Origin: Eledone cirrhosa
Lineage: Eukaryota
Reading direction: 5' to 3'
Length of the DNA stretch: 64,000 bases
NCBI GenBank assembly: GCA_964016885.1
Contig: OZ024743.1
Span: 13,392,001 to 13,456,000 of the forward strand
Made by a program: the position numbers and the translations under genes. Below the pieces are notes generated by a model. That model was given only the letters and a program-made list of their open reading frames with translations. It was not told the DNA's origin and did not search any database. Positions 19,115 to 32,878 of this stretch are shown here, piece by piece; position 1 is the stretch's first letter, and each line of letters starts with the position of its first letter.

Positions 19115-20175
19115 TGTGATATAGTTTTGTCCATAACTTTGTTTTCGTTTCCAGTTTGTATTATATATTCACTTAATATTAATAAAATACAATAAATGGA
19201 GAAAGACAATCAAGAATCGAACATGATTGTGGACAATTTTCCAGAGGCAAATTCATAACATAACAATTGAATACTTCGAAAACAAATTCTTAATTCATAT
19301 TTTGCTAACTTCACAAATGCATAGTCATGAAACGAGTAATACGCAGTAAGTGATATGGGTGACAAAGAGAGAAAGGATGAAAAAACTAGATGCTATAAAC
19401 ATTGTTATAAGGCCTAGTTATATATTATATTGCATATAACAGACGGAATTATATGCGTAGCATACTCGTAAGTGCAATATATCGAAAACGAAATAGACTT
19501 CTGAATACCATATTTCGAAAATCAGAACATAAAACTTGCATGAAAATAAAGATGGATGCACAATACAGAGTCAGTGAATTTTGATGGAACACCAATAGAA
19601 TTTAGCTCTATGCTAAGTGCTAACATTATGATAATTATAGTTACGATGTTCGTAGATGTTAAGCCCATTTCCTGAGTATTTAATATGCATTCATGAGGAA
19701 TTAAAGAGAAATGAAATAAGTTAGAAAGAGTAATAGGGTAATAAATAGAATGTATTTGAAATTCCCGGCAAGATTTTGCCATAACTCATTATTATACGTA
19801 ATTGGAAAGATTTCTGCTGTGGTCATTTTTTTAATTTAAAGGCAGGGGAAAAAACATTGGCGTTTAAATGTTACTTAAATGGAGATATCAAGTGACGTAT
19901 ACACTGAGTATAAAGAAATGCACAAATACACATGCATGCATGGAAATCTGACGGATCCTGTGAGAAGACCGATGTGTTTGAGTAATGGAACAGCCTGCAC
20001 TAGAAATTAGTGGACAAGTGTCTGAGCATTCCGCAGACAAATGTACATTTATCGAAGTTTTCAGGGACATTCAACGTGACAGAGTGTGTACGACTGTTTT
20101 TTTTCTAGAATAATCTGCAGCAAAATGGCATAAAGTGCCGCGCGCAAAGACACAAAATGGCGCCAATAATCAACC

Positions 20176-20565
20176 GGGGTGGATTGGCAGTATCGGGAGA
20201 GGGTCGGACGCCATACTTTGCAACATAGGGTTACGGCTTTTTACGGTCTGAGTTCAAATTCCAGCGAGGTTACTTTGCCTTTCATGCTTGCTGGGTCGAT
20301 AAAATAAAGTACCAGTAATGCACTGGGATAATTGTTGGCCTTGTGCCAAAAGTAGAAACAATTATTTCAGTGCGGTGGATTGACAGTATCGTTAGAGCAT
20401 GAAGCATCATGCTTTGTAACATAGAGTTATCGCTCTTTAAGTTCTGAGTTCAAATCCTGCCGAGGTTAGCTTTGACTTTCATCCTTATGGGGTCGATAAA
20501 AATAAAAAGACCAGTAATACACTGGGATAAATGCTGTCCTTGTGACAAAAGGAGAAACAATTATC
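20176..20565 (+). mobile_element. Two tandem SINE copies (about 20176-20368 and 20370-20565)
   Basis: Each copy has A/B boxes, core and an agaaacaatta tail. The second starts directly after the first tail. Confidence 0.85.
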
Positions 20566-20670
20566 ACCGTAAGAGGAACACACTAACTGCTAAGCCAAGT
20601 ACCTCCACAGACACATGCACACAGGCCCACAGACACACACACACGCACACACACTCTTACACACACTCTT

Positions 20671-20770
<100 letters not shown>

Positions 20771-20856
20771 CATTATCCCTAACAAGCTCATATGTCCCAA
20801 GGCTCTGATACCATCAACATTATAAACACAGAGCTGGCATATCTAAGAACTGACTA

Positions 20857-20912
20857 ACTGCCTGGTGAGGTCATAGCCATTCAATGGCTATCATCGAAAT
20901 ATATATAGCAGT
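20857..20912 (+). ncRNA. Minimal type-I hammerhead, same family as 11319 (core mutated to CTGGTGA)
   Basis: actgc/gcagt stem I, atagccat/atggctat stem II, GAAATATATATA, then AATAAA and (TA)n. Confidence 0.75.
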
Positions 20913-20955
20913 AAATAAAGGATTATGAGTTCATGCAATTGACTTATGTTTCGTC

Positions 20956-20994
<39 letters not shown>

Positions 20995-21486
20995 TTTAAT
21001 ACATAATAGCTTCTTAAGGATTAGAACTGTTTCATTCCAAGGAAATCAACAGTGTGTTACCTTATGTTTAACAGGGACTGGGGATTTGCATGACGTAAGT
21101 AGTGATAATTATTACAACTTACTAACTTCAATTAAGCGCACACCCATATATATTTTACGCTAAAGTCTAAATTCTCCAACGACTCCTTTGGCCTACGACG
21201 ATTGCCTTTCATTTTCGCATGATTGTAACGGGCACATTCTGGGCAGATTCCGTAAAAAGAAAAAATGACACCTTTCATGCATTAGCACTTAGAATTACGG
21301 TTGATACGTATGTTACTAATGCTAATTTCTTAGATGTAAACTTAGACTTAACCAACCTTCATATAAACCATACCATATGCCTACCGAATAATTGAAATAT
21401 GTTGATAAAGCATCACAGCTATACTAGGTGTGTATGTATATAAGGTATGTAAAATGTGTATATAATGTATGTATAATGTGCATATA

Positions 21487-21543
<57 letters not shown>

Positions 21544-21909
21544 TATATACTTTCAGACGTTCAATCATCTGGCAGGAAGGTATAAAGTGCTGACAATAGC
21601 TAATAAGCTTGAAACTAGTACATCGTTCCTGTGTCAGTGTTGAAAAAAAAGGCGACGATGGTAGCCTGAACACTGTACGGCGTAATTCGGGCTGTTTGTT
21701 TACAAACAAACCGAACATTATAATAAATGTTCGGTAAACCCATACGTACATATATATATATGTGTGCATGTACATATATATATATATACATACTACTTTA
21801 CGTCTGTATACATATATGTATGTACGTATACATACATACTTACATTTAAGTATCAGCCGTACTAAGAGTGAGAAATGAAATTTCGTTTCATTCTTTTCCA
21901 TATATATAT

Positions 21910-22170
21910 ATAATTGTTTCTACTTTAGGCACAGGGCCAGCACTTAACCAGTGCATTACTGGTACTTTATTTTATCGACCCCGTAAGGATGAAAGGCAAA
22001 GTTAACCTCGGTGGGATTTGAACTCAGATCGTAAAGGGATGTAACTATGCTGGAAAGCATAGCGTCCGACCCTCTACCGATACTGCCAATCCAATATATA
22101 TATAATTGTTTCTATTTTAGGCACAAGGCCAGCAATTACCCAGTGCATTACTGGTACTTTATTTTATCGA
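21910..22170 (-). mobile_element. SINE copy (21910-22095) plus second 3' fragment (22102-22170)
   Basis: Reverse-complement head, core and tail motifs. Confidence 0.85.
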
Positions 22171-22195
22171 TCCAATATATATATAATGCTTGCAG

Positions 22196-22344
22196 ATTAC
22201 GAGTGCTTATAACTCTGCGAAAGCAAGGGCCACATGGAGACTGAATACCTATGCTATGGCAACATCATGGGAATATTGGGCTGAAGCGACTGAAGCATTT
22301 TTCCTCGACACAACTAGAACAGATGTTACAGGAGGCATGAATAT
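22196..22344 (+). CDS. Zinc metalloprotease exon with likely third Zn ligand (ITSAY...TYAMATSWEYWAEATEAFF...GGMN)
   Basis: Acceptor ttgcAG, donor GTGAGT. The YAM...EYWAE motif is typical of gluzincin-like third-ligand helices. Phase is consistent with both neighbouring exons. Confidence 0.9.
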
Positions 22345-23157
22345 GTGAGTAATTTTCAATCATTTATCTATATGTCAGATATTCAAATTAACGGAAGATT
22401 TGACTTAGGTTATATAGTCGAGACGGCGATAGAACTTTACAAACTACGCTTGTCTGATTTCAATATACATTATAATTATTTTCTTTTATCAAACCAAAAG
22501 AACTTTTATTACAGACTTATGTTACAGGCTCAACAATACAATGGATATTCTTTATTTATCATTGGTTTTTGTATGAAAAACAGACCAGCCATGAAAAGCA
22601 AGTTTTCTCTTTAGATGAAGTGTATTTAGAGTCACATAATCCTATTCTAACGCGTCTTTTAAGGACATGAAAGAGACACATATCTATGCAATCGAGCAGG
22701 CAAATATCGGTCCCTTCGTTCGTTCACATGAATTTGTTATATGCTGTTATTAATGTGTATTAACAGTACGAAATAAACTAGTATAAAGTAATGTGAAATT
22801 CAGGCATAAGGTACAATATTGTATCGAGCCGGAAGGATGGAAAGCAAAGATGACCACGGCGTTTCAAAACAGAACGAAAGACCCGCAGAAAATACTGTTA
22901 AGCCTTTATCCAACGCTCTAAGGACACTACCAAATGTTATTGAAAGTATGTAAACAAGATAACATATTTAAAGAATGTTTGAGTTGTTTTCATATCGGTA
23001 TTGAAATTCCTAATATTGTTATTTTAGCTGGATTGGATACATGTGTAATCATATTAAATCATGTATTTCAGAGATCATAATAATATATTCACTTGTGTTT
23101 TTAATTCATTCCAAGCTCCATACCATATCTGATTTAAGTTCGATCTGATTGATCATT

Positions 23158-23280
<123 letters not shown>

Positions 23281-24338
23281 GTGGATGTGTGTGATAGAGA
23301 ATATGTGAAAAAGTGAGAGAGAGAAAGAAAGAGATAGATAGATAGAAAGTGAGTGAGATAGATAGATAGAGAGAGAGAGAGAGGGAAGTGGCGTCTTGTT
23401 TTTAAGGGGTTGGTGAAACGTTCATAAAACCGTGTGTTATACCAGATATTGCTTTATATTATTGAGCAAAACATTTCACACACCTGAGGCTGAGTACCAG
23501 CAGTAGTTGGATTTTAACCCTGCAATAGAATAGCATCTACTTCTGGGGGAAGTATTGTACTCATATTCACTTAATACCGATGAAAATTGAAACCGGGAGA
23601 TGGGCAACGGTGAGGAAACCCTGATGACTGAGGACAGACTTTAACTATTTGGTACTATATATAGGAATAGTTGGTCCCTTTAAGAAGCAGCAACATTGTT
23701 GATTTGACGAATGATTTGTGAGCTTGCAGTTTTATCTGGAGGAAGATGTATCAGCTATCGAGCAGTCATCATATTCAGAGGGTGATTACTCTCATCTGTT
23801 TCTGTTTGCAAACATTTGTGTAGCATTTCTTAAATGCTAATATTCGTTTCTTTTCTCTGAGCTCGAGCTCAAATTCAGCACTGGGACATATGCATAAATT
23901 AAAATAATTGTTTCCCTCTTAATTATAAAAGCAAAATTGAGTTGCATATTTTAATAAATGGATACTGTAGACATTGAAATTAAAATATGAGTAGCTGAAA
24001 AAAAAGCTAATATTGTTTTGCAGTTTATGTTGAAATTATTTATATTAAAATTTACAGTTTGCTTGAAGAAGGCTATCAGGCAAACCTATACTATAAGTTC
24101 TTATCCAAAGCAAAATTTAGCAACGAAACGTAAATTAAATTTCAGTCATTGAGTGAAATGCACACGCTGGAAATAGAGTGTATAAGTAATACAGACGTTT
24201 CTAATTGTTTCATCTAACAAAAGCTTTACTCCTGGGTTGCACCATATCCATCAACGTACCACTATTTCAATGACATTTACTAATTATTTCAAATACAGTT
24301 TTAAAATGATTTAAGCCAACAAATTAAATATCTTGCAG

Positions 24339-24483
24339 GTGTGGAACAAATCGCGTTTGCCCCAGTGAAATGGCATCGAGAGCTTATCTCAAGAAACACG
24401 ATCCGGTACTGTTTCAGGTTCTCTCATATGCATATACAGGAAACAACCCAAGCATTCCAGGTGGATTGCGGGTGTGTGAGTAG
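24339..24483 (+). CDS. Zinc metalloprotease last coding exon (CGTNRVCPSEMASRAYLKKHDPVLFQVL...VCE*)
   Basis: Acceptor tcttgcAG; at+g restores Met. The RxYLKxHDP C-terminal motif precedes TAG at 24481-24483. AATAAA signals lie near 24573 and 24617. Confidence 0.85.
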
Positions 24484-27154
24484 GTAAGTAGGAAGCGAGA
24501 GTATATGTCGCAGAATGTACGAGATATTATCTGTCCATATGTGTATGTATGTATTTATTTTTATACGTAGTAAATAAAACCTCTATTTGTCGTTTATATA
24601 AAGCCGCAAGAAGACGAATAAATATGGACATATTTTGTCCTTGCTCATGCTGTGTCGTATCTACCTAGTCTATACCATGAGATAGTATAGTGACATGTTA
24701 TTTGCAATACAAGGAAATTTATGAGTGATCTGGAGAACAGGCCAGTACCCGTCATGTCTATGATAAGAAGTATCCATCTCCCTAGTATATGTATTTATAT
24801 ATGCAACAATTGTGGGCATGTTTTAGAACCTCACATATGAAGATGGAAAACGTTTATAGTTTATGGTTTCACTTACAAAAATTAATGTATTGCAGTAGAA
24901 TTCCAAATATATTAGCATGATTCCCTAAGTAACCAATACTACCTATTTGCATGACTTTCAATCTTTCGGGGTCATATTTTTATTTTATTACTCTCAATAG
25001 CTGTAGTAAAAACGAAAGTATATTTGATATATCTAGGACAAACCAGAAATCTATAGAACCATCGAACAAAAATAATTGTCAATATTCAAATGAAACACTT
25101 AGATTTTAGACGATGATTTGTGTAAGAACAATATGTAAAACAATCTTCCTAAATTTTACAAGAAACCTAATGCACTGGGACTTGGGATACAAAACAACGT
25201 ACTTATGGTGTGCTCTGACATGCTTCAGTTAGATATTTAGCCTGTGTGATGAGTAATAGTTAGTTTCTCTGAGATTTCTGTCATAACTAGTGTCAATGAG
25301 AAAAGCTGAAACAAAACTTCCATATGTTTCCTAGTATTGTCCCTGCTTAGATCTTCTCGGTTTAGCTAACTTTACATATTCAGTCCTGCTAACATTAAGC
25401 GATTAAGCGGCACTTTCTCATGCCTATGCAGTCTGGCTTTTGTAAAGGAATGATTTTGCACGAGGCATCGTATATAAGCAAACGTGAGAATTACGACACA
25501 CCACACGATCGGGTATATATCGCGTCTGCTATTTTATTGAGCTACACTCTCATTTCATAATTTGAGCACGAATATTCTGTCGACATATTCTTTGTTATGG
25601 TATTTTTCGACACAAATATGTGAGATATGTGACACTGTATTTCATTGGCCTATCTCCTTTCTTACATGCTTCCTTAGTAAATAATGACATGTTCATATTA
25701 AATCCCTTCGGTAGCATGAGGATATATTGATTGGAATGTTTGCTGTTCGCTGCATTTAAGCGAATTTATGTTAGTTTATAATACACCTCTTAATTTGACC
25801 AGTGCAAAGGCTCATATTCGCATTGAAATGTGCATGTGCCTAGTTACAACGAACATTTGATGAGAGGTGAAATGTACGTTGTTGTGGACATAAGGTAGTG
25901 TCGTAGGATTGTACAAAAATTTAACATTTTATAAATATAACCTCATCTGTATATTTAAAATATTGCTGTATTAAAATGTTAGGTTATAATCTGGCATTAA
26001 TTTTGAATTCTGGATTTTGATTGGACAGCCACTTTTAGAGCCCATGACAGGTGAACAGCAAAGGTGAAGCGGTTGGAAATAAAAGAAGACCACTAAAATG
26101 AACTTTGAATATTTATGTGAAAAAATATCTATCTAAAATTTAAAATAAAAAAAATCGTTACAGTTTTATATTTATTATTTCATATTTACTTAATAAAATT
26201 TAATATGATATTCAATATCAAACGGGTATGGTTTATCATGATTATAAAACGAACGCATATTCAGAAATAATAATAGATCTGTATGATAAGTGTTATAGAT
26301 ACGTAAGAAAACAAAATCGAATTCTGAATAATTGATATTCAATGTGAAATGCGTTTCTAAAGGCATTATGTATTGGTGCAAATTAATGTAGTGATAATGA
26401 ATAATGTTTGTGTTCAGCGCAACCGTTGCTGCAACATTTAGTCTTTTGTATATATATACATATATAAGGGAAAATGTGTGAGATACTTGTTACAGTTAGG
26501 TATATTTGAAAAAAAGGAAAAGAATGACTTCACTTGTAGTGTTAAAAAATGTTATGATGTAATGTTATAATATAATATAATATTATGAGTTGGTAGATTC
26601 AGTAAGTTCTTTGTTAACTTCGGTGGGAAGAATTTTAGAGATTCCTGGTTAACTTGGGTTGGAGAACTTTCTCGCGTTCGTCTGTCTGTGGCGATTGTCA
26701 AACTGAGGTAAGGTTGTGTTGAAATGTGTGACTATATATAAGAGAGAGATTTGGATGTGTCTGAGGTGTGGCGTGTGGTGTTAATGAATGCTGATGATGA
26801 TGAAGGTTCTGAGTATACACACACACACACACACCCACACACGTACATACACACACACATATACACCCACATATTTATACACTCAGAAAATGGTGAGATT
26901 GTAAGATAAGGGTGTTTGAGAAGGTAGTCATAAACCAACTCTCCTGTTGCTTTTATTTCATTAGCTGACCTATGATTAGTTTATAATGGCATAGCTGAAT
27001 CAACTCTTCTCTTCCGAATCCATAAAGAATATATTCTACAGATTTGTATATCAAAGATGAATTTAGGTGCTTGTCTGGGTTTTAATGAGGTGTAAGATAC
27101 ATGTCTTTTGATAAGAATGGGATGACAGGTAAACGAGAAAAGAAGGATAGTTAA

Positions 27155-27941
27155 TGCCTCTCTAGTAACTTTGTCTACAAATGTAAGGTTGAAACACTCA
27201 CGTCCCGTAGGGCCTACATAGGGTTAACCGCCAATAGATTCAAGCAGCGTCTTTACATGCATACCCATTCTTTTCTTTACCCTTTAAGAAGGAATATGAC
27301 GTCACTGTCAGCTTATATCTAGAGTCTAAAAGACAACCACACCCAATATAAGTTACACTGGGAGATCCTATCTAGGGCTAGATCGTATAACGGAAATAAA
27401 AGACCATGTGACCTCTGTCGCTGAGGCCCTGGAAATACTCAACGCCAAAGACCACATCTTAAACAAAAAATCTGAGGCAATTTCGGCTTGTAACCATAAA
27501 TTGCACAAAACTTTCCTGTATTACAGACCCACATTATACCCTAACGGATAGTACGAACTATACGCGGATATTTTATGTCTTGATGTGGTAACTAAGTATA
27601 TGTTATGTTTATACCATTACTTATTTGTATAGGTAAGTATATATTACCTGTATGTTTTGTGAGAGTACGTATACTTTCTCGTACGTATATTTGATTGTAT
27701 ATGTTATGGCGTAGATATTATTATTTACTCCGTTACATATGCTTTTGGTTATGTGTATACGTGAGTTTTGCGTCTGTGTGAGTATGCGGGTTCGTTCATA
27801 TGTAGGGTGTGTGTATATGTGTACATCGTGTTTTGGTTGACGTACGTCTCCGAACATATGTGTATTTACATGTAGGTATGTGCGTGCTTGTTATATACGC
27901 ATTTATTTATTTATATACGTTTATTTAATTATATGTATACA

Positions 27942-27976
<35 letters not shown>

Positions 27977-28310
27977 TTTTATGTGTATTTGGTGTATACA
28001 TTCATATGCGTGCGGGAACAGGCGTTGCGTGGGTTCTGTATGTGCGTGTGGTTTTTTTTTTGGTTTTTTTTTATGTGTGTACGTGCGTGTATTTGTGTAC
28101 CTATGGCGAGTGTTTTGCGTATGCTTGTGTATGTACGTATATGGATGCGTGTATGTATTTATTTAATTTCATTTACCTCTGTATTTTATTTACTTTATTC
28201 TTAACTCTGATGCCGAGAATCATTCGGTTTCCTAGTTAGAATTTTAGTCTACGACTTCAGTTATACCATAAACGTGCTTTTGTCTTTGCGTGTAATTGTT
28301 TTTCACCGCT
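27155..28310 (+). mobile_element. Penelope-like element 3' part with GIY-YIG pseudogene
   Basis: CLSSNFVYKC..AYIGLTANRFKQR..H...LSAYI*SLKD...LHWEIL..A..Y...CDLC / ILNKKSE.ISACNHK. A decayed hammerhead-like taactCTGATG...TCagtta lies at about 28202-28263. Confidence 0.8.
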
Positions 28311-28314
28311 CCAA

Positions 28315-28452
28315 ATAATTGTTTCTACTTTAGGCACAAGGCCAGCAATTACACAGTGCATTACTGGTACTTTATTTTATCGACCCCGTAAGGATCAAAG
28401 GCAAAGTCAACCTCGGCGGGATTGGCTTTGCCTTTCATCCTTACGGGGTCGC
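28315..28452 (-). mobile_element. SINE 3' half with short inverted core duplication
   Basis: Minus-strand tail and core, then ctttgcctttcatccttacggggtcg in + orientation. Confidence 0.75.
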
Positions 28453-28762
28453 TCTAAATAATGACGTATTATATTCGTTTTTTCCCGTTCTTTGCCAGGG
28501 AACGTTTCCACGAACCAAAGTATCGTCTTCCTGTCTTCCTCCGATTTCAACGTTTTTTGAAATATTCACTTCTGCGTTAACAGATTGACTTTGTTAGTTT
28601 CAGAAGATCCGGTTAACGGTGAAAGCAGTGATTCTTTGCTTAAACTTTAATCTGTTATTTTAATAAATATATATATATATTTATATCTTATAAATACATA
28701 CACATACACACTAAACATACATATATATTATACTATACATATCCTGTACATACACATACACA

Positions 28763-28844
<82 letters not shown>

Positions 28845-28907
28845 ACTTACGTTACATACATATACATATATACATACATATACATACACATATACATACA
28901 CACACAT

Positions 28908-28975
<68 letters not shown>

Positions 28976-29238
28976 GATTTATAAACTAAAAAAGAGCACA
29001 GGACTAGGATCTTTCACTTAAATGTTGCGAAACAAATTTGAAATTTAAAATTTAAAATTTGTCCAGGTATCACGGCTATTGCCAATATAGGTTTGTTTTT
29101 ATTGATTTATTATTTTAAATCGAGACAGGCAAACCATATTATTTTAATTAGTATTTTTTAATCTAGCTAACTTGGTCATTTGCAATGCGAACATATGCAT
29201 ACTTGTATCAGTGTTTATCCCTATAATATATTCATTTG

Positions 29239-29346
<108 letters not shown>

Positions 29347-29671
29347 AGTAGTACATCTACCAACATATGTACTAATTTAGATGTACTAATTCTCTATATT
29401 TATCTCCAAATTATTTGTTGAGCAAACTTGCCAAATCTACTGCTAATTCAAAGTAGTAGTACTAGACTCTTGTCATAATACCACCCCACTCCTAACTGAC
29501 TAACCTCAGTGTCACGTGATTAATTCTTTAGAATCTGCCATTGACCAGAGGCAGTGAACTTTTTCAGTGCTATGGAATTTAGTCCTCGCTAGCTTATTAC
29601 ATCCACTGAATTATTATTTTTATATGGGTTCCTAGTGTCCGCGCATTGCCTGGGAAGTTAGCTGAGAATAG

Positions 29672-29753
29672 ACTCCCTGATGACGTAATGAATTCTCGAT
29701 AGTTACATTGTGTAACTATATTTATCCCATTACAGAAACTAATTAGTTGGAGT
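29672..29753 (+). ncRNA. Type-I hammerhead ribozyme (second family)
   Basis: actcc/ggagt stem I; CTGATGA; gtaatg/cattac stem II with inner atagttaca/tgtaactat hairpin; GAAAC-taatta-GTT. The first stem II pair is mismatched (C.A). Confidence 0.75.
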
Positions 29754-29809
29754 GAAAATTTTAGGAAGTAAGTTAATTTTTAATTTTTAAAATTTTCTTA
29801 TTTTACGTC

Positions 29810-29854
<45 letters not shown>

Positions 29855-29890
29855 CATATACACCAGATATACATACATATATATTTTTTC

Positions 29891-29936
<46 letters not shown>

Positions 29937-30189
29937 AAAGTGAGGTTTTTTTTACAAAATGAAAAATAACCGGTGTCCTACACGAGTGAAAGTATGAGGA
30001 AAAAAGATGATATTGAAAATGCAACTGTAGTCTTTTTTTTTTTTAAATATATATAATTATTTGGTTCCTTTACCGGTTTCGCAGTTCTTCTGCCTTTCAA
30101 AAGTAGAGCTGAGATGGAAGGTCTGTGGTTTTTCTCACATCTGTGAGAAAAACCACAGACCCTCCATCTCAACTCTACATTTCTACAAA

Positions 30190-31107
30190 CAAAGGGAGAT
30201 AAGCTGACAGATCCCTGTTTCACACTGTTGGTATTCCTCAGAGCTTAGCACTCCCCTCGTTTGTTGAAAATTATGAATGTTGGATTCTTATAGAATTCTA
30301 GTTTATAACCAGGAACTGATTATACAGACCGGTTGCCGGTCCAGCAAAAATTGAAAATTAGAATTGGTGCTCTGAAATAGCGATATATATATGAATGTAT
30401 ATATAGTGTATTTTGCAATACACTGTATGCTTAATTAAAAGCATTTTGAAGACCTTACGCTATTGTTTTAAAGTAGTGACTATGTCACTTACTCCTTTTT
30501 TCAACAAACAAAGAGACAAAAGCTGACAGATCTCTGTTTCCTACTGTTGGTATTCCTCACCTGGTTTGTTGAAAATTATGGATGTTGCAATACACTGTAT
30601 GCTTAATTAAAAGAATGTTGAAGACCTTACGCTATTGTTGTAAAGTAGTGAATATGTCACTTACTTCTTTTTTCAACAAAAAAATTCTAATTAGAAAAGT
30701 AAGTAAAAAGAAGTGGCATAGTCACTACTTTAAAACAATAGCGTAAGGTCTTCAAAATGCTTTTAATTAAGCATACAGTGTATTGCAAAATACACTATAT
30801 ATACATTCATATATATATATCGCTATTTCAGAGCACCAATTCTAATTTTCAATTTTTTCTGAACCGGCAACCGGTCTGTATAATCAGTCCCTGATTATAA
30901 ATGGAATTCTATAAGAATCGAACTTTCATACGAGGGGAGTGCTAAGCTCTGAGGAATACCAACAGTATGAAACAGAGATCTGTCAGCTTATCTCCCTTTT
31001 TCTGTTGAAAAAAGAAGTAAGTGACATAGTAACTACTTTAAAACAATAGTGTAAGGTCTTCAAAATTCTTTCAATTAAGCATACAGTGTATTGCAAATTA
31101 CAGTATA
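30190..31107. repeat. About 315-bp unit in direct and inverted copies (large imperfect palindrome)
   Basis: Unit 30190-30505, deleted direct copy 30506-30680, inverted copy about 30706-31000, partial inverted copy 31003-31107. Confidence 0.9.
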
Positions 31108-31219
31108 TCTATCTATCTAAGGCGGGTAAAATTCCCAAGAACCATGGACTGGTTCTCTCCAGCGGTATCTGCCCCTCATTATCGCTGCCATTTCCTGCGT
31201 CTCCAACAGTATATATAAA

Positions 31220-31255
<36 letters not shown>

Positions 31256-31346
31256 CATGAATACATTTATATATATATGTATATATATTTGTATACATAT
31301 AACTATCTATCTATCTATATGTGTTATATCTATAAAATATATATAG

Positions 31347-31391
<45 letters not shown>

Positions 31392-32033
31392 AGAGCATTG
31401 AAGTTTGCTTGAAGCATTGTGGAATAATAGGTAAATATCTTTAAGTCGTTTGGAAGCCTCGACAATGCAAATGGGTAAATCTCCGGGTAACAAGATCCGG
31501 TGGTGGAGAGAGAGCTGTAAGTGGGTGTACGTTGAGATGCGTGGTGTGTATAAGACGTGTAGAGGAATGAAGGAAAGAGTATAAAGGATAAAATAAAAAT
31601 AACAACACGAGAGAGAGAGTTACCTTGGGAGAGATTTAATTGTCCCTATATATTTCGGATTAACATCCATCAACTGGGGTTTTTTCCGGGGTGGGGGAAA
31701 GGTTGTCTGTCGGAAAGGTGCGAAACGCGTCAAAACAACAAACATTGCATCTCGAAAGTCATCGGTGTCACCCAAAATTGCGAATGCAAATAAATACATA
31801 ATTTATTTCAATATTACCAGTAATCAAATACTAAGAAAAATGTGATATCTGTAACAAATACATTTTGGCAGTGAATAATACATCTGCAATTTAGTTGAAC
31901 TTTAGAGAAATGAAGACGTATCTTTTGAGATACAATTATGTTATCACTATGATAAAGGTAAAGATGCATATTACATAAAATATATCATGCGAAAAGAAAC
32001 AAGGCCTGTGTTAAATATATTTGAAAACAAACA

Positions 32034-32233
32034 AAACTTAGAGAAATAATTGTTTCTACTTTAGGCACAAGGCCATCAATTAACCTGTACATTACTGGTA
32101 CTTTATTTTATCGACCCCGTAATGATGAAAGGCAATATTTAACGTTACGGGGTCGATTAAATAAAATACCAGTAATGTACTGGGTAATTGTTGGCCTTGT
32201 GCCTAAAATAGAAACAATTATTTCTCTAAGTTT
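32034..32233. repeat. SINE-derived fold-back hairpin (89-bp arms, 22-nt loop)
   Basis: 32034-32122 is a near-perfect reverse complement of 32145-32233, including non-SINE flank. Confidence 0.9.
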
Positions 32234-32878
32234 GAAGAACACTGTTCTTTCATTTGTCGGAGATTCCCTCTAAAGCTTATTGGTAATCTATGGGATAGAT
32301 CTGCAATATAGCTCTCTATGATGAAAACAGAAAATCTATACACAAAGATGTAAGAAATGGAGAAAGAAAAAAGAACAAAAAATGTATTATTCCCTGTGAA
32401 AGCAGATTTAATAAATATGCTGATATGAAATATAGAATACAGTAATCATTTAAAATACTATTTTATGTCTACTTCTTCAACCTATGAGAAACAACTTTAA
32501 CATTCCAGTAATATTTTATGCAATCCACAAAAGTATGCTACAAATTAATACATAATGCTCTTACTGAAAATGACTCTAGATTCTCAAATTCCTCGTTGTT
32601 TGATTGATTAATAGATGAAATATCTGGTATAGTAAAAAAAATGATAGTAATAGTACTAGTAAATGAAATCTGAATAAATATATATAGAAGAAAATAATTG
32701 ATGTAAAGTGATACAATCAATATATATATATGTTGTAACATTAATAAGGAAATCGAAAGCGTTGGATAACATTTTTTTTTGCAGTAAGGAGAGCCATCAT
32801 GAATTAATTAAGCAAAGGAAAAAGAAGTGAATATTGGAAAATAATCACTGTTAGAAGTAGTAAAATTATAATTTCCAT

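Noticed and set aside
23615-23645. CTGATGA followed by a small hairpin
   Set aside because: No GAAA or stem I/III, so not a hammerhead.
30190-31107. CRISPR-like array
   Set aside because: Long units without unique spacers, no cas genes, eukaryotic context.
31640-31740. Two opposed hammerhead-like remnants (CAGTTGA...GAAATATATA on -, CTGTCGG...GAAACGCGTC on +)
   Set aside because: Two core mismatches each and broken stem II; at most dead PLE relics.
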